Of a stretch of DNA of 64,000 nt, positions 51,347 through 62,252 are shown one piece after another. Source of the stretch: Raillietiella orientalis (taxonomy: Eukaryota); assembly GCA_036172245.1 (NCBI GenBank), contig JAYWIR010000013.1, forward strand, positions 186,001 through 250,000, written 5' to 3'. The notes under the pieces are model-generated. The model was not told the DNA's origin. It searched no databases and saw nothing but the letters and a program-made list of their open reading frames with translations. Positions within the stretch are counted from its first letter, which is position 1. Every line of letters begins with the position of its first letter. Both the position numbers and the translations under genes were made by a program.

Positions 51347-53659
51347 GGAATTATCACCCATGAATCCATGACAACGGTGAAGATTGATACATGAGGTGTG
51401 GAAATCTTAGAATACTTCTAAGAAACCATTTATAATCAGAAATGTTGACGATAATATTATTATTTACGATTATAATAGGAAATGGTTACACTTGAGTAGT
51501 GGAGAAATAGAGTACTTAGAGATGTGGATTTGAGAGTTCATGCGTATGAAGCACTATATGCTTTTTAGAAACTCTTAAGAAATACGGAAAAATAGGGTCA
51601 AACGGAAAAATGGAGTCATAGAGAGGATGTGGCAAAACAGCAGAAAGTTCGCTACTGGGAAGAATCAGTGTGCTGGCCAGATTCCCCTCAGAAACAAGCC
51701 ATGTTTTTTTTTTTTTTTTTTTTAAATTTTTAGAGATGAGCTTCTTAGAGAGAGGATTTGAATTGCACAAGTTGTAAGAGTTCTCAACGACGATAAACGT
51801 ATACCGTAGAAGTACATTTCAGAATGCAGTTATGGTTTGTTGAGGATTAAGGATCGTAGTTGGGCAGGCAATTTTCACTTCTATATAAGGATCAAAATGC
51901 ATATAAATAGATGGGTTAAAAAGTCTCAATGGATAAATTAAACAGAGCACACGCATTGATTTGCAGATACTTTTGGAAAGACCCGAATGAGAGAGTGGAA
52001 AAAGAGGAACACCAATGCATCCCAAAGAGCGTGGAGAGAGCACTTGGGGCTCGAAGAACGCGGATTTGCATCCAAGGTAGAACGGAGAGACCGGGAAAAC
52101 AAATCCGAAAACATGGCAGAAACGGCAAAAATCTGATTTTCATTTTTGATTGTGTTATTGAGACATATGCGCTGAAATCGAAAGTGCGCGCGAAGTAATC
52201 ACAGTAATCTCACTGAAGTTCCATTTTTGCCGTTAAAGAAACAAGTAAAGCTGCTGCGTCTTGGAGATTCAGAATTTGTTCGGTGCTCAAGATCAATGAG
52301 CACATCCATTCACCTTTAAGCCGCGGACTGCGATTATCCAATGATGATATAAAAGAGGGTGAATCAAGGCATCAAAAGAACACAAGTATTCCTTAGGAAT
52401 CCTAGCAGCTCTTCATCCAAGAAAGAAGTATTGGCTGCAACTAATTTGCCTAAAGTTATATTGAGTCTTCATATTCCCAAGGGGTAAAAATTAATAAATA
52501 TTTTATCAAAATGCAAACTGGCTATCCCCTAGATAAACGAATAACTGCCATTCACAAGGCTTTTGTGGATACGAGTAGGGTGCATTAGTGATGAAAGATA
52601 AACTAGTTTGAAAACTCAAAAATTGGTCCAGTTGTAAATATCATATAGGAACTCAACGCCTTTATTTAATCTTTGAAATGCAGCTTTGTTGCTTTGTCCA
52701 ATACAGCACAATTGTTACTTTGGGAAAAAATTTTTGATCCAGACGAACAGAGAAAAAAAACACTGAACTATTAGCCTTTAATAATCCAATACAATTGTCA
52801 AGGCTGACGTAACATTAAACCTGGGACTATAGAAAACACGAGTACACCTGGAAGGTATCACCAGGTGCAGACTTGCATGCTGTTTCTGTATGCATAAAAA
52901 TCATTGCATAATTTCTTGACTCTGCTTTCAAGAGTAATTAAGAAAAAGGAATAAGGAACAGGGATTCAGGAATTCACTTCACATTAAATGTACTTTCAAT
53001 ATTTGTACTTAATTTGCATCAACATAATCACAAGATTCTGACTGACTAGAATGCCAAATCTTGGTAATTTTAATTTGCTTACAAATTAACGCACACACAA
53101 AAAAAAAAATTGTATTATTTATAAAGGCGCTATTTTAGTGCTTAACAAAATATACCGTTCTAGCAAATAAAGAACAACAAAATTGGTTATTGACATTACA
53201 CACTGATATCCAGTTGGATTTTTCTGACTTCATCTGCTTGAAAGGCAATGCTTTCATAATTTCCATCATAAAATTGCCCCCAATGATAGGGATGACCAAA
53301 TAAAAAGAAATACATGTTAATGTATAGCACACAGATATGTTGTAATTTTCTCAATTATCTGAGGATATGAAATTGTAATACAAATTTGGAATTTATGCTA
53401 CATCTTGAAAATAACATCCATGGAAATATCTCTTGATTATGGCCACATTGCTCCTGCACCATAAGAATGAATCAGTTTGCCAGTCTCTATTGTTAATGCT
53501 TCTCTGAGGCATCACTGTGCACTGAGAAGTGCTTGTTCACATAGTGGGTGCTTGTAATATAAAGCACTTAAAACATACATAGAAATGGCTCATCATGTCA
53601 AGTAAATCTAAACATACCTATATACCATAATCAAGATGAATTCATAAATTAATACAATT

Positions 53660-55579
53660 TTATAGTGGCCTAACAAATTCCATAAGATCATATGGATTCT
53701 GGTTGGTCAAAAATTGCACTTCCTGTCTACCACCTTCTGTGCGACCTGCTGGATGCTGCAACCAGTTTTGGTGCAAATAATAATCATAACAGTTATTGAA
53801 CTCTTTGGTGCTGTAATTTTCAACAGCAATAGGAACAAAAGGATCTAGGATCTCAAAACCCTTCAAAACAATACTTGACTTTGAATCCTGTTTTTTTACC
53901 TCTTCTCCTAGAAGATATCTTGGAAGAAATGAATCATTAATTGGAAGACAGAGACCAGTCCCAATGGTTTCCGGTATTAGCTTCTTATGTTCATTGGATG
54001 CAAGTCTATCCAATGTAACTACCACAGCTCCGTTGGTCTAGGGCATCCATCCAGTTAATAATAGAACATTTTTTGGCCTACCCAATCATGCAGAACTGCT
54101 TTTTTAAGGATGTGCGCCATTGTAAACTGAGAAGTGGGCACAAAACCACTTTTGAATTTTTCTTTGGCACGAGAGGATGGCAAAAATATAGAATTGAAGC
54201 CATCAATAGCCAACAATACACGGCACCTATAAAATATGTTGAAATTGAAATAGTTCATTCATCTGTGTGGATCACTGCGCCTTTGAAAGAAGGTGCATAT
54301 AAAAAACTTTACCTGCCCATGGAGGAAAGCAGCTTCAATTCCTTGATGAGAATGCCTACAGAATCATTAGCAAATTTGGGACGGGCAATTGCATTCTGCA
54401 CTATGTCCAGAATACAAGATCCTGGCTCAATTTCTTCAATTTCACCCCACTTATAGTGACCCACTGTCTGCATGTATCATTATAATTTAATGAAAACATA
54501 TTGTAACCCTTACTTTTAAATCCTGCAATGCACCTTTATTTTGCAAAGAGAATCTTTCTAGTAATAGAGCAGAATCTAAAGGTGTATCAAAACGATCTGG
54601 AGCAAAAGTAGATGGCACTACTTCTTTGAAGACTCTAAAGATGTCAGGGACTATGTTTTGGGAGTTTTTAAAACTGATAACAGAAATATGCGACCTACGC
54701 CATGGAACATGAAAAACAATCCATCCACTGCTCAAGGCGTAATGAATTATATGAGACATGGTTAAACTTTTCCCTGATCCATTTGGTCCATCTAGGCATC
54801 CATATTAAAGAATTGTAAAACGTGAGATGATAAATTGTTTTTCAAACCAGATTTTAACATTGAAAAGATATTAAATCATCGTTCATCAATCCTTACTTTG
54901 CGATCCAAATACGTGTACTTTTTCTTTGCAAAAACGAAGCAATGTAGGTAGGTAAATACTATTAATTTCAAGGAAACGTAATTAATTAATATGGGATGGA
55001 AACACGGACGTTTACTCGCATGAAGTGTGAAAGAAAATGTCAAGGGGAAAATGAATTCCGAGTCGTTCGAAAGGCCCGCTCGAGTGTTTCAACTGATCAA
55101 TTAATCAATTAATTTTTTTTGGTTTTTATTTTTTTTTGGTGGTTCGAAATTTCCAATCATAAAGGATACAAAGTGCATATCTAATGGCCGGTGTATCGGC
55201 TCTGGTTTGCTTTAGATAATGAATGCACTCCAGTGCTGGTTTCCTTATCATGAACCGCGTTTCCTTGAAAATCCTGGCGTACTCTGCATATCTTTTGGGC
55301 AGGGAATTCAACAGGAAAATCTTATCGATGTCCACCTTGTAAAACTGGCCGATGTTGGCCATGGTGTGCTGGCCCTTTGGTGCCCGGAGTTGTTGTTGAG
55401 ACGAGATTCCTCCCCCCCCCTCCCCCCAGAAAAAAGAAAAGGAAAAAGGGGGAACCTACCGGATCCCGTATTCCTGTCTCAAAGTGTGGGAGGGCTGCCG
55501 AGGAAATTTTCCGAGGCCCGGAGCGGCGGTCCAGGAGGGTCCTGGCGGCGGCCCGGGCGGGCAGCGGGGTCATCATCAT
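53660..55579 (-). CDS. DAP3: 28S mitochondrial ribosomal protein S29 / death-associated protein 3; 8 exons: 55579-55460, 55374-55170, 54791-54699, 54650-54514, 54467-54313, 54226-54082, 54037-53900, 53860-53660 (397 aa)
   Basis: The exons join in frame (1194 nt). There is an Arg-rich mitochondrial presequence, MIRKPALE, a P-loop RYALYGPNGSGKS, VLLAIDGFNS, HDWTNGAVV, and [26 protein letters not shown], all DAP3 family motifs. Confidence 0.93.
54792..55169 (-). other. U12-type (minor spliceosome) GT-AG intron in DAP3
   Basis: Donor GTATCCTTT. Branch-like TTCTTTAAT lies about 10-19 nt before the TAG acceptor, and there is no polypyrimidine tract. Confidence 0.85.
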
Positions 55580-55760
55580 CACCACACGGCCACGACTGGT
55601 GAATTACCAAACTACTCACGCAAGCGGCTCGAAGAAATACTACTCGGCGATTGAGGCTTGCAGGAGGAGCACTGGTGACGGTGCTACTCGCTTAGTGTGT
55701 GCCGAGAGTTCGTATGGGTTAGTGATCTGCTTGCTTTAACGACTGTGATATGAAGCCTAA
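55580..55760. promoter_or_regulatory. putative bidirectional promoter between DAP3 and INTS3
   Basis: Head-to-head start codons with 181 bp between them. The region is locally CpG-rich compared with the gene bodies. Confidence 0.65.
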
Positions 55761-58700
55761 ATGGAAGCTGGGAAGTCACCAAGCTCGCAACTGTTTACTG
55801 TAACACCCATAGAAAGCAAAGATGAATTAGACGAGGTAAACAAAGCATCTTCACTCGCTTCCCGTCGTCTTGTATTTTCTGCGCACGGCTATTTCTCACA
55901 CAGCGGGTATTTCAAAATGGCAAAGTTGGTTTGTCAAATTGAATGAGCAGATTCATGTCCCCCCACGGAGAACGTCCGCACCGAGCCAAGTACATGTAAG
56001 CTTAGGGGAATTCCCACGTAAAGCCCGAATTGCCGTAGTTTTCCGTTGGAAACATCCAACCATTGCTTTGTTGTTTTTGAAGTGAATGCCCCAATGTGCC
56101 ATTTCACAGCGGTTTCCTTTGTTATGTGCCGAAACTTAAAAAGATGCATGCTTATAAATAAACAAATGGCCTCTGCAATTCAAGTAATTTGCTTAATCAC
56201 ACACGTTTTGCGATTCATTATGAAAAGTGATAAATGTTGAAGTTGCCTGATTTGGATTGCCACTTTCTGCCATTTTTTCCATTTCAGAAATATGAAAAGT
56301 GCTATAGTTTGTTACAGAATTTAATAGGCAATGTGTCAGAAAAGGAAGCACACGATGTGCTTATTAGTTTTGTTTGCAAAGGATCTCAAAATCATGAGGA
56401 AGTATCAATAGGCTTGCTTATCTCAATCCTGTCAGACACAGAGCATGCTTCCAGGGTATGTATCACCATGAAAATTGTTTCTGTGATTGATCAAGTGTGC
56501 ATTCCTTTTATTTAAGTATGTGTGCATATGCAGCATTCATGGTTGGATTTTAACCATGAATTTGCATATTCATGAATACAATCATGATTATTGGAATTTT
56601 TGCCTTTAAAATTTTCCTTGTACCTGTTTTCTTTTTTTTCCAGTTTTACAGAGATCTGACATTCATTACTCAGGATGGATTGACCCTGGTTATCAATCAT
56701 CTCACTCAATTAATTATTGACAAGTATCATAAATTACTCCCTAAAGTACAAGAACAGTTGTTATGGATGATCAAAGAAATGATCCGTGCATCTGTAGCTG
56801 GCACAGATGGATTATGCTACAATCTGATGAGGCAGATGGCTGGAGGTGACCTTTCTTCAAGAAATTTATGGCTAGTGGAAGCCCTTCTTGATATATACAT
56901 TGAGCATCGGTGAGCCAAATTAAGGATCAGAGCATTGTGACCTTGTATAGTGGTTGGCTGGAGAAGTTGCCTTTCCTGGTTCCATCAGTGGTCTACACAT
57001 ATTTACGTCTGATGGAGGATCATATGAGTCAGCCAGTGACTGCTTTGCAGCAGAAAGAAATAAATTTTGTGCTACCATTATTAAGGGACCGCTTTGCAGA
57101 TTGCCTTGTTATTGGTCGAGATTTAATCAGGCTTTTGCAAAACATATACCGTTTGCCTGAAGTGGAACAACTGTGGCGAGACTTGTTGCATCATCCCACC
57201 ACTCTAAGTCCCAATTTTACTGGTGAGGCCTTTTGTTTCATGTATGTTTCACAGTGAACAGGTATCCTGGAGTTACTACAATCTCGCACTCCCCGCCGAT
57301 TTTTATTATCCCGGCTTACTCCAGATATGGAAAAGAAAATGTTCTTCCTGACATCTCAGGTGCGCTTTGGCAATCAGAAAAAATATCAAGAATGGTTCCA
57401 GAGACAGGTGAGGATATCAAGTTTTCTCAATTTGAAAAAGTTTTGCAGTACTTGTCAACCTTGGAGTCTCAGTCACTTCGCTGTGATTTGATTCGTTATC
57501 TTGTTGGTGTTATCCATCCTTCCAATGAGTTGCTTTGCTCGGATATCATACCCCGGTGGGCTGTCATTGGCTGGCTCTTAACTAGTTGCACTTCTAACGT
57601 TGCTGCAGCCAATGCTAAGTTAGCACTCTTCTATGATTGGCTTTTTTTTGATCCTGAGAGAGACAACATCATGAATATTGGTAAGTTTGGGATTGGTACA
57701 GAGTGACAGTGCTTCGGTCAGAACCAGCCATTTTGTTGATGCACCATTCCATGCGCTCTCATGCTGCCATCACAGCCACTTTGTTGGATTTTCTGTGTCG
57801 TATTCTGACACAGTTCCTTCCTTCTTCTGTGGAACTTGTTCGCCAAGGTGTACATAGTGCTCTTCGTCAGATTTTAGAGAAACGAGTTCTTCCTTCATTG
57901 AGTCCTTTGTTAGATAATAGTAAGCTCGACAGGGAGCTACTCCAGTTACTGCGAGAACACTTTGCGATTTTTCTTATCCCTGGAGAAAGTGAGAACATCA
58001 TACAGATTAAAAAAAACTTTGAAAAGATGTAGGTGATGACTCTTCTCGAGAACTTGGAGATTCCATGCTGGATGAAAAGTCTAATCATTTTCCTGTGCCA
58101 GAAGAGCCAAGTTTCAGTGATGAGGAGGAAGAACCTATACCTGTACCTCAAATGGAAGATAAGGAAGAGTTTGGAGAACAACCCAATTCTTTGGAGGTAG
58201 ATGAATTGACCACCTCAGTTAGTGGGCCATGCCAGCCACTATTGGTGCAGTTAGCACAGGAATCAGATGCAGAGACCAGGCACTGCGTTGATTATTTTTT
58301 TTCGATTTAATTACATTGATTGTGTAGATGCGAACTGATGGAATCTTTGATAGCTGCTGTTGTGGTACAGAATCAACCTCCACTGGGCTTGTCAGGAGCA
58401 TTATGTTCACTTTTGAAATTAGATACACCTACTTTTAAAATCCTTCCTTCAGATTTGGATGCTGAGTAAGTTTATCCTTGATAGCTAAAAATATAATGCC
58501 ATGTATTTTAGAGCCATTGAAGAAACTCTAAGAAGCCCGCAATTCACTGTTTTCCGACAGCTGACACAGCTGAGTGAAGAGAATGGGCATTCTTCAGTCA
58601 TATTGCAGTTGCTTACGGAGATGCACACCATCCATCCTCGGGTTGGATATTTATTGTTATATTTTCTACGTGCATCGTAAGTTAGTACAATTAGGATACT

Positions 58701-59959
58701 GGCATTAGTTTGGTTTGCCATAGGAAATTAATGAGCAGCAAAGTGCAGCTATATGAGGAATGGTGTCGGAATAGACAGGCACAAGATGTAATTTCATGTC
58801 TGCTACAGGACTTAGAAGTAAAATATTTCTTTTGTTATTGTTGTGAATGTCTGCCCAGGTTTGTCAGGATGATGATGTGACTCTCTTCTATTGGCTGCTG
58901 CCTTCCATCTTTTTACATTTCCCACATGTGGCTGTAGGCAATAGTCAGTTATTGAGACTAGTTGTTTCTTGCATAGATGCAGCTCAGTTGCAGGAATTAG
59001 CCTGCACAGTTTTACGTGGGCAACTTGCACTTCTACATGTGGATAGTGTGTTGCCTCTTCTTAGTGAGTTTTCTTTGATTGATTTGACAATCATCATTCC
59101 ATTCTTAGTTGACAGCTTGGAATGGGACACCTTTGAGCAGCTGTTTTTATGGCATTTAGTGGCTGTACACAGCATTCCAGTTCGCTGTTTGTTACCTTTG
59201 CTTTCTCATTTAAAGCATCCACAGCACTCTGAGCCATTATTGGCTCTCCTATTGCGTCTTAAACAGGAATGGTGAGAACACTTAAAAAATACAAAAAAAA
59301 TAGCAGACATGGATATCCAGTCCCACTGCTGAGATGCTGAGGCAGTTATTGGGTCGTGATACATCCCCTCAAGATGGCATATTGGCAGGACTGTTACAAC
59401 ACTGGTCTACTAATTATGAAGCTGTCTTAGGCGATCTGTTGGGTGCTCAGCTTGGACGAGGGTCTCCTAGCAAGAGGAAACGTGTCAATCTTTCTGGACG
59501 ACCTCTTTCTTTACCACCAGGACCAGAGCTGGTGCTTGCTCATTTGGACATCTACAGAAGATTATCTCCTCAGCCCCACTGTGAGTACTTATCATGAAGA
59601 GTTCAAATTCCTACTGCTTTACAGTACTGACCAATGAGACTTTATCTCAGGCCCTTCAAGCAGCACAGCAGCAATGCTCCCCTTCTCAGAAAAAGCGGTT
59701 AGTGCTGACTCATGCAAAACTCGCAGGACTTTGTTTTTATTCTTTCTGCAGATTCCATGACTTATTTTCCTTAGCAGACGAAACTGAGATAAAACCAGCT
59801 AAGGCCCCTGTAGGCAGAGTGAATCGAAAGCTAAATAACCCCAAAATTTCCCGGAGAAATGGTCCTTGTTCTGACAGTGATAGTGAAGAGGAAGTTATCA
59901 AAGCACGTAGCACTAAAAAGCGAAGAAAAACAAACTTAATGGGTTCAGACAGTGATTGA
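55761..59959 (+). CDS. INTS3: Integrator complex subunit 3 (SOSS-A); 16 exons: 55761-55835, 56288-56455, 56644-56909, 56951-57222, 57262-57407, 57449-57680, 57722-57988, 58033-58279, 58328-58465, 58512-58676, 58724-58817, 58859-59063, 59109-59271, 59321-59580, 59625-59697, 59752-59959 (992 aa)
   Basis: The exons join in frame (2979 nt). Signature segments include [84 protein letters not shown] and the C-terminal GSDSD. Confidence 0.96.
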
Positions 59960-60031
59960 TTGAGATTACAGACTCTTCCTACAATAGTGGCCAATTTCCC
60001 ACCATCCTATTTTTGAGATTGTTTGTGCGAG

Positions 60032-60043
60032 AATAAATTTATT
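60032..60043. terminator. palindromic bidirectional polyadenylation signal AATAAATTTATT
   Basis: AATAAA on + (60032-60037) follows INTS3. AATAAA on - (60043-60038) overlaps the VPS45 TGA. Confidence 0.6.
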
Positions 60044-62116
60044 CACAAACGTCTACGACGGCGTGGCAGACCATTTGTTGCCATTTTTACCTCTTCCAGA
60101 AACTGGCTTGTGTTTAGCATGCATGACCCTCCTAGAAGACATCGAAGAGTAGTGACATTGTGTGTTGCTGCAGATTCCTCATATGTGACGCCTCCCACGA
60201 AAAATATGATTAACTCAGATGGCCTACCCAGAAGATTTGCAGGAATAACCTTTTGCTGCTACCTGTATTGGCTAGGCAAGTCCTCCACCCATGGATACAC
60301 AGTGTCTTTGAGACGATCCTTGCTGACATCATCAATAATACCAATCACTTGTGGGACATGCTGTGTATACACATTTTCAACTCCCCGGATGCCACGGATC
60401 AATTTTTTGGTTAGTTTCTGGGAGAGTTTCACTCCACTTGCATTTCCTCCTCCTGATAAGTGAACATGATTGCCTCCATATTCAAGCATACTGTCAACTA
60501 GCTGCAATGCCATGCTGCTGAATACATATTAAGAATGCTTTGCTGACCTGTACAAAATGATCTGGGCAATCACGTGCCTTCAAAGCATTGATTAACCCAG
60601 TAATATCATTGTTGGGATGCTGTTCGTATGCTAAAGCATACAGCAATACTAAACGAATAGCATCCAAATGGCGCACACGTGCATCAGCTATGAGCTGCCT
60701 GATTTTCTATGACCCAATTTAGAAACTGAAAAATCATAAATACCTGCAGGGAAAGGGTATGTGTATCTTCACATGCTAATTGTTGTTCTGCTTCAGATAC
60801 ATCCAACAAGCGATGTTCTGCCATTAAACGTGACAGTTCACCTACAACAGTGACATGACGTGAAACTACTCCTGCTAGCTTCCTAAAATCAGGATACTGT
60901 TCCACAAATGCTTTCAGGTCAGCTATAGTATCCAGTTTGTGTTGCTCTTGTGACTGCTGCTGATACTGATCCATAAGCTGGGCAATAATGCTGCCTATTT
61001 CGCCAAATGTAGCATACAAATTCTGATATGTTCATAATTTTTGTGTCTCAGCTTATCATACTTACAGCTGCAAAAAACTCATCCTGTTCAGGGGAGAGAA
61101 CCACCTCCTGAAGATCTGCACTTAGGCCTGGAACTGAGCCTAGATTGACTCTATTATTGTTGATAGTTAGCAGCTCATGCACCATAGCTTGATAAGTCCA
61201 CTAGTAACAGGTATTAGCTAATACAATTAAGAAATGATAAGAGGAACCTGATTGAGTAATGGTGTTACTGGATCTTGGCGACGATCTAGGATTAATAATA
61301 AACATGAAGGTGTGTGCTGTCCAACATCAAAAAGTTGTTGTTCAACAGCCATCATGTGCTATTAAGAAGATTATGAAAGCACATATAAAAGAATGTCACC
61401 CGTAGCCCATTGGCCAATTTGCGAGCCATCTGGGAGCCTGCTTGATAACGAATGCCTGGCATTTTCTGTAATGACAGCAAAACTGATGTCAATCCTTCAA
61501 GTGTACGGTTATAGAGTTCATCAACCCACTGTATCTGTCCAAGCTTAGGTCTAGCTACACATAACCAATAAGACTTGCTGTAAACTGTAAGCATACCTGA
61601 TCCTTGAATGTTGAATGTGAATAAATGTGGTGCTACTGGGAGATAGTCAGCATAGAACTCCTGCACCTCTTGGACTAACTCTTGCTCATCAGCAATAGCC
61701 AGCTGCCTGATGCTTTCCTTGCTGATTATATTGCTAAAATCTGGAATGCGTTTTTTAAACATATATTATGCTTCATAACTTACATATGTAATAAGAACCA
61801 TAACAGGGATCTTTGAGCTCCTGGATCAACAAATCTACATTATCTTTTGTAGGGCGTACAAACACTACACATTTGAGGTGGCGCATTACTGGCCCTCTGT
61901 GATCAGATTTTAAAAGCTCAAATAAGTAAACTTCCTTTTTGAGCATTTCAGAATGTGCAAAAACCATGCTGGTGATGGCCACCTACAGCCTACATCAGTC
62001 TCAGTTGTTCTGTGTTTACTAACCGTTTCCTTATCCAGGAGAAGGATTTTCATGCCAGTGCCACATTCTTTTAGCATACGGCTGATATACAACTTTATAG
62101 CAGCTACTACATTCAT
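60043..62116 (-). CDS. VPS45: vacuolar protein sorting-associated protein 45 (Sec1/Munc18 family); 10 exons: 62116-62024, 61982-61784, 61740-61597, 61554-61400, 61358-61248, 61200-61066, 61022-60744, 60706-60548, 60501-60263, 60223-60043 (564 aa)
   Basis: The exons join in frame (1695 nt). Motifs include [83 protein letters not shown] and [12 protein letters not shown]. Confidence 0.96.
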
Positions 62117-62252
62117 CAGGATGTCCACTGTAACAAATAAAATTTTGAGCATATACAGAAAAATCATGCTTGTTCCCAGCCACCCAAATTCAAGAATTAT
62201 ATTGACAGCAAGATGAACTGGTGACAGTTTCTTCTAGCAGCATGGATCAATG

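Noticed and set aside
51967..52076. AG...GT bounded open segment that could be a + strand exon
   Set aside because: No recognisable homology and no partner exons found.
53500..53600. ATGATGA C-box-like motif downstream of DAP3 (- strand)
   Set aside because: No matching CTGA D box or terminal stem, so a snoRNA is not supported.
61201..61247. VPS45 intron with donor GTTCCTCTT as a possible U12 intron
   Set aside because: It does not match RTATCCTT and the branch-like motif is not well placed. Treated as a weak U2 donor.
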